DNA of 42,409 nt, taken from assembly GCA_038231875.1 (NCBI GenBank), contig JBBSIX010000001.1, positions 1-42,409 on the forward strand, written 5' to 3'. A model generated the notes under the pieces. That model did no database searches and was not told the DNA's origin. It worked only from the letters and a program-made list of their open reading frames with translations. The position numbers were made by a program, and so were the translations under genes. The DNA comes from Chloroflexia bacterium. Its GTDB lineage: Bacteria; Chloroflexota; Chloroflexia; QHBQ01; JADMIH01. Positions 7,892 through 16,961 of the stretch are shown one piece after another. Each line of letters opens with the position of its first letter. Position 1 is the first letter of the stretch.

Positions 7892-8755
7892 ATGAGCAAC
7901 AACCATCGCCAGGTAAAGATCGTGGCCGACAGCGCAGCCGATATACCGGCTGAGTTGGCGCGCACTCTTGACATAACTGTCGTGCCTTTGTCCGTTCACA
8001 TGGGCGGGCGACAGTTTCGAGACGGGGTGGACCTGAGCGGGGAGGAGTTTTACAAGGAGCTTGAGACGGTTCGGAGCGTGACCACTACATCCCTACCGTC
8101 GCTGCAACTGTTCGAGGAGGCTTACCAACGTCTCACCTCCGAGGGTTACGATGTTGTTAGCATCCACATGTCGTCCAGACTGAGCGGCACCTTCAACGCG
8201 GCGCTCATGGCCTCCACAAGCGACGGCGTAGCGACGGAGGCGGTCGGCGTGGTGGACACGCGCACCCTTTCGATGGCTGAAGGCTGGATTGCGGTCCGAT
8301 GCGCGCAGGCTGCCCGCGAGGGTAAATCCCGTGAGGAGATAGAGGTGTTGGCCGCTTCGCTCACGCCCAGGGCGCGCCTGTACGGTGTGCTCGATACGCT
8401 GGACTATGTGATGAAGTCGGGCAGGATAGGCCGGCTGCCGGGCACGGTAGGCACACTGTTGAGCATCAAGCCGATAGTGACCACCAGGCCGAACGGCGAG
8501 GCCGGCATCATGGAGCGGGTTCGTACCCGCCGAAAGGCTCTTGAGCGCATCGTAGAGTTGACCGCCGAGGCTTGCCCACTGGATGCGCTTGCGGTGATGC
8601 ACGGCGCAGACGAAGCAGGCGCTCAGGAGCTTCTTTCTATGCTCGGTGGGTTAGACCTTCCCTTCGATGTGGTAGTGGGCCACATCGGGGCGGTGCTGGG
8701 CACGCATATCGGGCCGGGCGCGGTAGGGGTGTGCCTGTTGAAGGGCGCCGACTAA
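7892..8755 (+). CDS. DegV-family fatty-acid-binding protein (FakB-like), paralog 2
   Basis: ATG at 7892 gives MSNNHRQVKIVADSAADIP..., SIHMSSRLSGTF, MKSGRIGRL. The ORF-track start at 7829 overlaps the previous gene and adds an Arg/Gly-rich non-homologous leader. Confidence 0.9.
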   Translation: MSNNHRQVKIVADSAADIPAELARTLDITVVPLSVHMGGRQFRDGVDLSGEEFYKELETVRSVTTTSLPSLQLFEEAYQRLTSEGYDVVSIHMSSRLSGTFNAALMASTSDGVATEAVGVVDTRTLSMAEGWIAVRCAQAAREGKSREEIEVLAASLTPRARLYGVLDTLDYVMKSGRIGRLPGTVGTLLSIKPIVTTRPNGEAGIMERVRTRRKALERIVELTAEACPLDALAVMHGADEAGAQELLSMLGGLDLPFDVVVGHIGAVLGTHIGPGAVGVCLLKGAD

Positions 8756-8888
8756 GAGCCGCCTACTCTGTGCTTTTTCCACATCCTTCCTCCCTGCCAC
8801 TCACTAAGGTACAATAAGAGGGTAAGATGGTAAGAGGGTACCGGCGCGCCGGTACATCAGTTCTGCATGCGGGTCGCACACTCCACCC

Positions 8889-11432
8889 ATGACTATACCT
8901 ACTAACGTCTTCCGAAATATACTCCGCCTGGAGGAGCATAAAGGCTTTGCCGACGCTGCCGTTACGGGCGGGTTGGAAGCCTTCGCGCGCCGTTGGGCCG
9001 AGCAGATGGTCGAGGGCGACCGTCAGGCCGGCCCCATGCCGGCGGCCATCGCTGCGATGCTGGCCGGCTATGCCGAGGCGGGCCTGCCGAAGCGCGAGGA
9101 GGCTGTGCGGCAGGCATGCGAACTGCTGCGTCTGTTCGACGAGGGAGTGAGAACGGCGCCGGGCGCGCAGAACGGGCGCGGCTCCAACGGCCACTCCTCA
9201 GCCGCCATCGAAGGCTTCACCGGCTTTGACGATGAAGACCCCCGCGCCAAAGCACCCATCTCAACGTCACGGAGCGGCATCGCCCCCGCGCCTCTTGTCG
9301 AAGCGCCCTCGCCTCCTCCCAAAAGCGCCAGGGCCGCGCGCCGTAATGCCACCCTCGAATCGCCCGTCACAGTGTTGCGAGGCGTACAAGATGCTACCGC
9401 CAGACTGCTCAAGCGGTTGGGCGTCTACACGGTGCGCGATGCTTTGCTGTTCTTCCCCTTTCGCTACGACGACTTCTCCGAGATGAAACCGATTGGGGAG
9501 TTGCAGCCGGATGTGAACCAAACGGTGGTGGGCACGGTCTGGGATGTGGAGGTGCGGCAGACGCGCAACGGCAGGCCGATGGTCACCGCGACTGTGGCCG
9601 ACGACAGCGGTGTGATCAGCGTTACATGGTTCAACCAGGAGTACATCGCCCGGCAGATACACCAGGGCGATCCAATTGTGGTGTCCGGCAAGCCTGTGCC
9701 TTTCAATGGGCGTCTTCAGTTTAGCTCGCCGGAGTGGGAGCCTTACGACTCCGAGCTGCTCCACACCGGGCGCATTGTGCCGGTATACCGCTCGACCGAG
9801 GGGCTGTACCGCCGTACCCTGCGCCGGATCATGCACGATGCGGTGGAGCGGTTTGCCGACCAGCTGGCCGACTATATGCCCGAAACGGTCAAGCGCGATG
9901 CCCAGCTTTGCGACCTGCAAACGGCCATCCGGCAGATACACTTCCCCGAAAGCAAACCGGACGCGGCCCACGCCACCAAGAGGCTGGCCTTTGACGAGTT
10001 CTTGATGATACAGTTGGGCATGCTCCAGCGCAAGCGGGCGTGGCAAGAGTCGCAGCAGGGTCTGGCCCTGCACGCGGCGCCGGAGACGCTGGATCGGTTC
10101 TACCAATCGCTGCCGTTTGAGCTAACAAACGCCCAGCGCAGAGTAATAGGCGAAATCACCAGCGACATATCCGGTACAGTGCCGATGACCAGGCTGTTGC
10201 AGGGAGATGTGGGTTCAGGTAAGACCGCAGTGGCTGCCGCCGCTCTGTACCTGGCCCGGCAGAACGGCGCACAGGGTGTGCTCATGGCCCCCACCGAAAT
10301 CCTGGCCGAGCAGCACTACAAGAGCCTATCGCTCATGATGGAAGGGTTGCCCGACGCGGAAGGGCGCGCGCCAACCGTGCGGCTGTTGAAGGGGAGCACG
10401 CCGCGCAAAGAGAAGAATAAGATTTACGCGGAGGCAGCCTCCGGCGAGGTGGATATCGTGGTGGGCACGCACGCGGTGATACAGGAGGGGGTGCAGTTCA
10501 ACCGCCTGGCGATGGTGATCGTGGACGAGCAGCACCGCTTCGGGGTGATGCAGCGCGACGCTCTGCGGCAAAAGGGCATTGAGGCGGGGTTGATGCCCCA
10601 TACCCTGGTGATGACCGCCACACCTATCCCTCGCTCGCTGGCCCTCACTATCTACGGCGACCTTGAGGTGTCGGTGATTGATGAGATGCCCCCAGGGCGC
10701 AGGCTCATCAAGACGCGCTGGGTGGACGCCACCCGCCGCCAACAGGCGTATAGCTTTATCGAGAAGCGGGTGTCCGAAGGGCGGCAGGCTTTCGTCATTT
10801 GCCCCCTGGTCGAGGAGTCGGACAAGATAGAGGCCAAAGCAGCCACCGTCGAGTACGAGCGATTGCAGACTGAAATCTTCCCCGACCGCAGGCTGGCTCT
10901 GCTGCATGGTCGCATGAAGCCCAAAGAGAAAGAGGAGGTCATGTCGGCCTTCAACCGGCGAGATGCCGACATCCTGGTGTCCACCAGCGTGGTCGAAGTG
11001 GGTATAGACGTGCCCAACGCCACAGTGATGCTGATCGAGGGGGCAGACCGCTTCGGGTTGTCGCAGCTTCACCAGTTCCGGGGGCGCGTAGGCCGAGGGG
11101 AACACCAGTCGTACTGCATTTTGCTGGCCGAGGACGCACAGGGGGTGGCTTTCGAGCGGATGCAGATCATTCAGGAGACGCACGACGGTTTTCGCCTGGC
11201 CGAGGAGGATATGAAGATACGTGGGCCGGGCCAGTTCTTCGGCACTCGACAGTCGGGTATGCCCGACCTGCGAATGGCAAAGCTCTCCGATATGGCGACG
11301 CTGACCCTGGCGCGCGAGCAGGCCAAAGCGTTGTTTGCCCGCGACCCCGACCTTGCCATGCCCGAACACGCTGCCCTGCGCGATGTGTTGGAAGCGTTCT
11401 GGAGCCGCGCCGAGACGGACGCCAACCAGTAA
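8889..11432 (+). CDS. recG: ATP-dependent DNA helicase RecG, with an N-terminal extension of about 150 aa
   Basis: Wedge/OB region followed by helicase motifs GDVGSGKT, VDEQHRFG, TATPIPRSL, QLHQFRGRVGRG and the C-terminal GPGQFFGTRQSG. Confidence 0.93.
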   Translation: MTIPTNVFRNILRLEEHKGFADAAVTGGLEAFARRWAEQMVEGDRQAGPMPAAIAAMLAGYAEAGLPKREEAVRQACELLRLFDEGVRTAPGAQNGRGSNGHSSAAIEGFTGFDDEDPRAKAPISTSRSGIAPAPLVEAPSPPPKSARAARRNATLESPVTVLRGVQDATARLLKRLGVYTVRDALLFFPFRYDDFSEMKPIGELQPDVNQTVVGTVWDVEVRQTRNGRPMVTATVADDSGVISVTWFNQEYIARQIHQGDPIVVSGKPVPFNGRLQFSSPEWEPYDSELLHTGRIVPVYRSTEGLYRRTLRRIMHDAVERFADQLADYMPETVKRDAQLCDLQTAIRQIHFPESKPDAAHATKRLAFDEFLMIQLGMLQRKRAWQESQQGLALHAAPETLDRFYQSLPFELTNAQRRVIGEITSDISGTVPMTRLLQGDVGSGKTAVAAAALYLARQNGAQGVLMAPTEILAEQHYKSLSLMMEGLPDAEGRAPTVRLLKGSTPRKEKNKIYAEAASGEVDIVVGTHAVIQEGVQFNRLAMVIVDEQHRFGVMQRDALRQKGIEAGLMPHTLVMTATPIPRSLALTIYGDLEVSVIDEMPPGRRLIKTRWVDATRRQQAYSFIEKRVSEGRQAFVICPLVEESDKIEAKAATVEYERLQTEIFPDRRLALLHGRMKPKEKEEVMSAFNRRDADILVSTSVVEVGIDVPNATVMLIEGADRFGLSQLHQFRGRVGRGEHQSYCILLAEDAQGVAFERMQIIQETHDGFRLAEEDMKIRGPGQFFGTRQSGMPDLRMAKLSDMATLTLAREQAKALFARDPDLAMPEHAALRDVLEAFWSRAETDANQ

Positions 11433-11448
11433 AGGAGATATATTGACC

Positions 11449-12072
11449 ATGCCGAAGTTGCGGGCGGAAGATGTGCAGAGCTACTATGAAAGGTTCGCCG
11501 CCGGTGAGACGGATATCAACTCGCTGTCTGAGCAGTTCAGCCGGGACGCGCTCTGCGCCTTCTTAGACAGCCATGTAGAGGAGTTGATCAACGCCGTGCA
11601 GGGGCTGACGCCCAAACAGTTGGCCTACAGGATGCCCGGTATGCCTCAGGGGTGGGACGCCAACGGGGACGAGAGGCACTACGACGCTTCGGAGCTTGTC
11701 ACCCACGTGGCTAGCGGCATCGCTTTCCACCACTGGGGGATAACCAGGGCACTCGGCGGCCCCAGGCCGCAGTTCCCCAGGCCGCCTGACGGGGTGGCGA
11801 CGACGGGCAAGCGTGGAGCCACAATGGGCGCCGGAGGCTGGACGGGCCGGCCTCGCTCCGAAACGCTGCCCCTGCTCAGGCAGACGGCGAACAGCTTTAT
11901 CGAATACGTGCGGGGCCTGCCGGACGAGGAGAGCAGGCAAGCTGTGTCGAGCATGGGTGGCTTCAAACATCTAACCGCCCACAGCTGGCTCTTTCTTGAT
12001 GCAGTACACGCCGCCATGCACGTGGCGCAATTGCGCGAGATGCAGGCGCAGCCCGACTATCCGGGCGCCTGA
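11449..12072 (+). CDS. DinB-superfamily (four-helix-bundle, His-rich) protein
   Basis: AAAGGAG SD 9 nt upstream of the ATG at 11449. His-containing helices HVASGIAFHHWG and HSWLFLDAVHAAMHVAQLREM resemble DinB_2-type metal-binding triads. The assignment is by eye only. Confidence 0.5.
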   Translation: MPKLRAEDVQSYYERFAAGETDINSLSEQFSRDALCAFLDSHVEELINAVQGLTPKQLAYRMPGMPQGWDANGDERHYDASELVTHVASGIAFHHWGITRALGGPRPQFPRPPDGVATTGKRGATMGAGGWTGRPRSETLPLLRQTANSFIEYVRGLPDEESRQAVSSMGGFKHLTAHSWLFLDAVHAAMHVAQLREMQAQPDYPGA

Positions 12073-12073
12073 G

Positions 12074-12892
12074 CTAAGGCCCGCCGGTACTCAGCCGCCA
12101 CCACTGCTCAAGCAACTGCAAGATGAACGGCAGGCTCATCGCCAGCAGCAGGATGGCGTATACCCATCTGATCCATTTAGGCTGGGTGTAGGGCGGCCTG
12201 TAGTCCTGAAAGTCGTCCCGGCTGCCGTACTCGTACCGCCCATATGCGGGCGCCGGGTTGGATGCTCTGGGGGCGAACAACTGGGGCTGGTTTTTACCAG
12301 CGCCTTCTGCCTCGTCCTGCGCTTTATCCGACCAATACCACCCGTCGGGCGCTCCCTCCGCGCTGTTCTCCAGGCGATCCTTCTCAAGTGGGTCTGTCGT
12401 CAGCAGGTTCCAGCCGTCGGGGAGGCTGTGGGAGCGACGCACTTCTCCCTCCGGCGAGGGGCCGACCTCCTGTTCTTGGTCCAAGTCATCCCAATCTTGG
12501 CTATCGAAGTCGCTGCTGGGGGGAGAGTCGATCAGGGCGCGAGCCTGGGAAACCAGATGGCGGGGCACACGGAGGTCGTGGGGCACGAAATCGTTATGGC
12601 TGAACTCGGCGATGTCCGCGCTGGGCGAGCGCATGAGGAGCACAGGTACGCCGGCGTCCTCAAGCTGGCTTTTGATGAGATTGCCGATGATGGCGTTGGG
12701 CACGTTACCGGCCACCGTCCACTGCGGGTCGGCGTCGTCTGATCCTATTTGGCTCATGCCCTTGATCACCCTCAATTCAGGAGGGCGCCACTCGGTAGGG
12801 GTGTCGCAGTCGGGGCACACCCGCACCCAACTTTCGTATTCGTACCCGCAGGTCGGGCAGATATGACGGTTCTGGGGTCTCATCATCCTCAT
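12074..12892 (-). CDS. membrane-anchored protein: N-terminal zinc ribbon, DUF2007-like (PII-like 'putative signal transducing') domain, acidic linker and C-terminal TM helix
   Basis: CPTCGYEYESWVRVCPDCD (CxxC...CxxC). NVPNAIIGNLIKSQLEDAGVPVLLMRS...RVPRHLVSQARALI resembles DUF2007. C-terminal WIRWVYAILLLAMSLPFILQLL. Confidence 0.6.
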   Translation of the reverse strand: MRMMRPQNRHICPTCGYEYESWVRVCPDCDTPTEWRPPELRVIKGMSQIGSDDADPQWTVAGNVPNAIIGNLIKSQLEDAGVPVLLMRSPSADIAEFSHNDFVPHDLRVPRHLVSQARALIDSPPSSDFDSQDWDDLDQEQEVGPSPEGEVRRSHSLPDGWNLLTTDPLEKDRLENSAEGAPDGWYWSDKAQDEAEGAGKNQPQLFAPRASNPAPAYGRYEYGSRDDFQDYRPPYTQPKWIRWVYAILLLAMSLPFILQLLEQWWRLSTGGP

Positions 12893-12906
12893 TATACAGG
12901 AAAGCC

Positions 12907-13242
12907 CTATCCGTGTCTGGGTTGCACCACCACCGCCGTGCCGTAGGCCAATACCTCGGTCACGCCGTCGGTGACTTCGTTGGCGTCATAGCGCATGCCC
13001 AGGATGGCGTTTGCTCCCATTTCATCGGCGTGTTGCAGCATCAGCTGGAACGCCTCCTCGCGGGCGTGCTCGCAAAGCTCCGTGTAAATGGTGATGTTGC
13101 CGCCCACAAGTTGCTGCAACGACGCCCCAAACTGCCCGATCACCGAGCGCGAGCGCACTGTGATGCCGCGCACGATGCCCAGATGCCGGGCTATCTGCAT
13201 CCCTTCGAGGTGTAGGGTTGTAGTGACCATTGACCTGTCCAT
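12907..13242 (-). CDS. YbjQ-family (UPF0145/DUF74) protein
   Basis: LGIVRGITVRSRSVIGQFGASLQQLVGGNITIYTELCEHAREEAFQLMLQHADEMGANAILGMRYD is the canonical YbjQ_1 pattern. AGGAGG lies 9 nt upstream of the ATG at 13242. Confidence 0.85.
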   Translation of the reverse strand: MDRSMVTTTLHLEGMQIARHLGIVRGITVRSRSVIGQFGASLQQLVGGNITIYTELCEHAREEAFQLMLQHADEMGANAILGMRYDANEVTDGVTEVLAYGTAVVVQPRHG

Positions 13243-13389
13243 CTGATTTGTCCTCCTACTTTTACTTTATAACGAACAAGAAGATTTCAACACGAAGATA
13301 CGAAGATGCGAAGTCGTGAAGGTTTTTTGTGGTTGTCGGAGTTGAGCTACTCCCGTCACGGGAGTGCCCCAATACTACATGCTGAACAG

Positions 13390-15876
13390 TTACGCTATAG
13401 GTTGCGCCTTGCGTCTGACGAGCGCCATCCATGCCAACCCCGCCACAGACGCGGCGAGCGTCGCCAGGGAGAGCAGCCTGCCCCATACCCAACTGTCGGG
13501 GCGGAACTGCATAGAGATAGTGTGTTCCCCGGCCTCCACTTTGACCGCTCGGAAGGCATAGTCGGCGGGCACGACGGCAGCGGGCTGCCCGTCCACTGTG
13601 GCCCGCCAGCCGGGGAACCAAGCGTCGGTGAGCACTACCCAACCCGGAGCCTCGGCCTTCACTGATATATCTACGGCATTGGGGGTATAGCGGGTTACAC
13701 GCACCGTTTCGCCTGCCCGGCGGCCTTCAGGCTGGTTCTCTGCTGTGCCCGGAATCCGGCTGCTTACCGGCTCTCCATCTCCAAGTATGACCGTGTGCCG
13801 GCTGTCTATATCCTGCCGCCAGATGATGATGGAAATGTCCTCAGGGTCGGTTTCGATGCGCGCCTCGTGTACCAGGAAAACGCGGGGCAGCGCGTTGGCA
13901 TTCTTCCAGATGTCGAACATACCCTGCCGCTCGACCAGGGACCACTTCGGCTGGCCGGCATGCAGAGTAGAGGTAGTGGCGGTGGTGGAGGAGACCACCT
14001 GGAACGATGCGCCGAACAGGTCGTACAAGGGGGTATCCTGGTGGCTCATAGCATCTCCCCAGAGGAAGTTGTACCTGTCGAGCGTCAACGGATTGAACAC
14101 GCCGCCCGTGTCGTAAAGAGGCTCGCGGAGAGCGCCGGCAAGCAGCGCGGTCGAAGGCTGCCATATCTCCCGCACGTCCGTATCGCTGTCGATTCTTTGC
14201 GGCAAATTGGTGGCATCATTCTGGGTGGATTTGCTGAGGAAGGAGATCGTATCGAAGTTTTTGTACCCGGCCAAAATATCCTGGGTGGTGGGGTTGAAGC
14301 GAGCGTTGGGAGAAAAAAGGTCGAGCGCCGTCAGCAGCAGCATTGCGCCGCCTGCGACCAGGGGCCGCATACGCCGGGTGTAGGCCGCCAGGACAACGCC
14401 GGCCAACGCACCCAACCAGATCAGCAGCATCCCCAGGTCGTTGATCGCTTCGGGCAAGCGCTTCTGGGAGAACTGGTTGACCAGCAGGTCGCGGTAGAAA
14501 GTAGGCAGTATACCTACGGCCACCACCACCAACGCCGACAGTAGGCCGACCAGCCACCACAGTATGTTGCGCCTCTCCCGTTCGCCGGTTCGTAAGCCCG
14601 CAACCAGGGCATCCAGCCCAAAGCCGGCAAGCCCCGCCAGACCGAAGCCGAAAAGCTCCAGAGCGCGTCCCGCATCGCGCAACTTGCTGAAGCCGGGCAG
14701 GAACTTGTAGACCCACCCGCCCACGATGGAGAGGTCGCCCACCATCAGCAACAGCGCCAACAATAAGAGCAGCGCGAAGAAGCCCACCATGCGCGCACGC
14801 CTGATGCCAAGTCCGGCGGCAGCAAGGGCCATCGCCACCACCCCGCTGTAGCCCCAATTCTCTGTGGTTTGCCAGATGCCGAAAGCATAGGTGGTGGGGC
14901 TGCTGCCGTACACGCGGGGCAGGAAAAGGTTGAGCAGGGTTACAGGTTGGGCGGGGAACTCGCTCGCTTCTTCGTAGCTGACGGCAGAGCGTACTGAGTA
15001 GTTGCTCAGCTCGATGCTCGGCAGCAGTTGCACCGCCGATACGCCCAGAGCTACTCCCAACGCCAGCCCACCCTTCAACAGCATCGGCCAGGCTGTTCGC
15101 AGCGAGGTATGTCCTGCCTCGAAGAACAGATAGAGCCACAGCAGCCCCGCCGCCATGAGGCCGTAGGCAAATATCTGCACGTGCCCGGCCAACAGCGCCA
15201 TCGCCATCGAGAGGCCCGCCGCGATGCTCCATGCCCACCCCTTGCGGCCTCCGGTGAGCAGTGCGCGGCGCAACAACAGCAGTTCCAACGGCAGCCACGC
15301 CGCCACCAGCACCATCGGCATGTGGCCCAGGTGGGCCGTCATAAAGCCGCAGAAGGCAAAAATTACCCCGCCCGCCAATGCGCCCAGCCTTCGCAGACCT
15401 ATATCGCGCAGGAACAGGTATGTGAAGGCCGAGGCGAGCCAGTAGTGTAGGATAAGCAGCCATTCGAGCCGGCCATAGTCGAGGTTGTACAGCAGAAACA
15501 GCGGCCAGTTCAAGGGATAGAACAGCCCCATTTGCACGTCGGCGGCGAACGGCATGCCGGTGTATAGGTGTGGGTTCCAGAGCGGTATCGTGCCGGCTTT
15601 GATTTGAGCGGCGGCGTAAGTGTAGCCTGGATAGTACAGGGAAACCAGGTCGCCCCCGCCCGCCGGCATAAGCACGCCAGTCTCGGTAAGCGCTCGCCAG
15701 AAGAAGCCGCCGGTGAGCAAGGCCAGCAGCCCAAGCGCGGCCACCTCAAGATGAACAGGATGCCTTGTGGGTCGCTGTCGCCACCATCGGTAGGCGAGAT
15801 AGTAGGCCGCTGCAAAGAGGAGCAGCCCCAGTGCAACGCCGAGCGGGGTCAGCAGGCGGCCGGCGCCTTCAGTCAA
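13390..15876 (-). CDS. YfhO-family polytopic membrane protein (putative lipid-linked-sugar glycosyltransferase)
   Basis: 828 aa with many TM helices and the N-terminal region LYYPGYTYAAAQIKAGTIPLWNPHLYTGMPFAADVQMGLFYPLNW typical of YfhO. TTG start overlaps the upstream stop (TTGA). Confidence 0.7.
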   Translation of the reverse strand: MTEGAGRLLTPLGVALGLLLFAAAYYLAYRWWRQRPTRHPVHLEVAALGLLALLTGGFFWRALTETGVLMPAGGGDLVSLYYPGYTYAAAQIKAGTIPLWNPHLYTGMPFAADVQMGLFYPLNWPLFLLYNLDYGRLEWLLILHYWLASAFTYLFLRDIGLRRLGALAGGVIFAFCGFMTAHLGHMPMVLVAAWLPLELLLLRRALLTGGRKGWAWSIAAGLSMAMALLAGHVQIFAYGLMAAGLLWLYLFFEAGHTSLRTAWPMLLKGGLALGVALGVSAVQLLPSIELSNYSVRSAVSYEEASEFPAQPVTLLNLFLPRVYGSSPTTYAFGIWQTTENWGYSGVVAMALAAAGLGIRRARMVGFFALLLLLALLLMVGDLSIVGGWVYKFLPGFSKLRDAGRALELFGFGLAGLAGFGLDALVAGLRTGERERRNILWWLVGLLSALVVVAVGILPTFYRDLLVNQFSQKRLPEAINDLGMLLIWLGALAGVVLAAYTRRMRPLVAGGAMLLLTALDLFSPNARFNPTTQDILAGYKNFDTISFLSKSTQNDATNLPQRIDSDTDVREIWQPSTALLAGALREPLYDTGGVFNPLTLDRYNFLWGDAMSHQDTPLYDLFGASFQVVSSTTATTSTLHAGQPKWSLVERQGMFDIWKNANALPRVFLVHEARIETDPEDISIIIWRQDIDSRHTVILGDGEPVSSRIPGTAENQPEGRRAGETVRVTRYTPNAVDISVKAEAPGWVVLTDAWFPGWRATVDGQPAAVVPADYAFRAVKVEAGEHTISMQFRPDSWVWGRLLSLATLAASVAGLAWMALVRRKAQPIA

Positions 15877-16946
15877 CGCTTGTCTCGCGGGGTAGGCAGC
15901 GTGGCTACTGTGCCGGAGGGTGGCGGTGGCGGGTTGCGGGGGGCGGTTGTGTGAAAGGCAGCCGCGCCTACGCCCAGCACAACGGCGGCGATCACGCCCA
16001 TCAAGGCTACCGGCACGAGGCCGATAAAGTGGTCCAGGATCGAGAAGGTCTGTGCGACCTCGGTGGGCAGCCCAAGGGCTGTGAGGATCCCCACCACCGC
16101 CAACTCAAACGTCCCCAGCGAGCCGGGAGCGGCCGGCACCGCCATGCTCAGGTTGGTAGCCACCACCAGCACCGAGGCGACTAAGGGGCCGACCTCGATG
16201 TTGAAGGCCCTCAGCAGGCAGTATATCGTCACCACGTTGATGCTCCACGTGACCAGCGACCACAGCGCCACCCGTAGGGCCACAGCTGGGTTTAGCATCG
16301 GTGCGAAGCCTTGCAACACCTGCTCGGTAGCGACCTCGATACGGGGGCCCAGGTGCATAGGCAGCCGCCGGGCCACTATGCGCGCCAAGCCGCGAGCCAA
16401 CTGCGGCCTGAGCACCAATCCAAGCATCAGCAGAGTGCCGACCGTCACCCCCACCGCCAGCGTAATGGCCGGGCGCTGCATATCGCCGGGCAGCTTTACA
16501 AACGGCAGGCTTATCCCCAGCAACAGCAGCAGGGTCAATACGTCCAGCACCTTTTCCACGAGGATAGTAGAAAAGACGCGGGGAGCCGGCACGCCGGAGC
16601 GCGAACTGACCACGAAGCCGCGCGCCACCTCGCCTGCCCTGAACGGCAGAGGGATATAGGAGATCATCAGCGCGGAGAAAAGCAGGTTGTTGGAGACGCG
16701 CGGCTCATCCGGGTGGAACATCACTCGCCAACGCCACACTTTGCTCATGAACGTCAGGATGAAGGGCAACACCATGAGGGCGAACCACACCGGCTGCACC
16801 GACTGCATCGCACCCCAAACTCCCCCCAGGTCAAAGCCCTGGAAGGCAAAAAAGAGCGACACCACGCTGATAATCAGCCCGGCCAGCAGAAATAAAGTAC
16901 GCTTCACGGTACCAACATGAGAACACATGCTGCATGGCCGCCGCAC
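15873..16946 (-). CDS. flippase-like (UPF0104 / lysyl-PG-synthase TM-region family) membrane protein
   Basis: Eight or more predicted TM segments. Motifs KVWRWRVMF and PFRAGEVARG are characteristic of the TIGR00374/LPG_synthase_TM family. The start may instead be at 16928. Confidence 0.7.
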   Translation of the reverse strand: MRRPCSMCSHVGTVKRTLFLLAGLIISVVSLFFAFQGFDLGGVWGAMQSVQPVWFALMVLPFILTFMSKVWRWRVMFHPDEPRVSNNLLFSALMISYIPLPFRAGEVARGFVVSSRSGVPAPRVFSTILVEKVLDVLTLLLLLGISLPFVKLPGDMQRPAITLAVGVTVGTLLMLGLVLRPQLARGLARIVARRLPMHLGPRIEVATEQVLQGFAPMLNPAVALRVALWSLVTWSINVVTIYCLLRAFNIEVGPLVASVLVVATNLSMAVPAAPGSLGTFELAVVGILTALGLPTEVAQTFSILDHFIGLVPVALMGVIAAVVLGVGAAAFHTTAPRNPPPPPSGTVATLPTPRDKR

Positions 16947-16961
16947 GCGTTCCGAGTTGTG

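Noticed and set aside
10326-11450. 374-aa ORF on the minus strand across recG
   Set aside because: It lies entirely antisense to a gene with unambiguous RecG helicase motifs. Its translation is Arg/His/Gly/Pro-rich with no motifs, which is the typical shadow ORF of a high-GC genome. The same applies to 9267..10106.
13290-13325. Shared 9-mer CCTTCACGA and CGAAG/CGAGC-type short tandem units in the 5' leaders of ybjQ (13290-13325) and rpoB (34861-34897), with GTTTCGA x2 before fakA (5156-5169)
   Set aside because: A single shared 9-mer in about 85 kb of two-strand sequence is close to chance expectation, and the tandem units differ between loci. This is not enough for a common regulatory motif without genome-wide statistics.
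14216-15463. 415-aa ORF overlapping yfhO in another frame
   Set aside because: It is Arg/Gly/Ala/Pro-rich low-complexity sequence in an alternative frame of a clearly membrane-protein-coding gene. It has no SD or motifs and is a GC-driven open frame.
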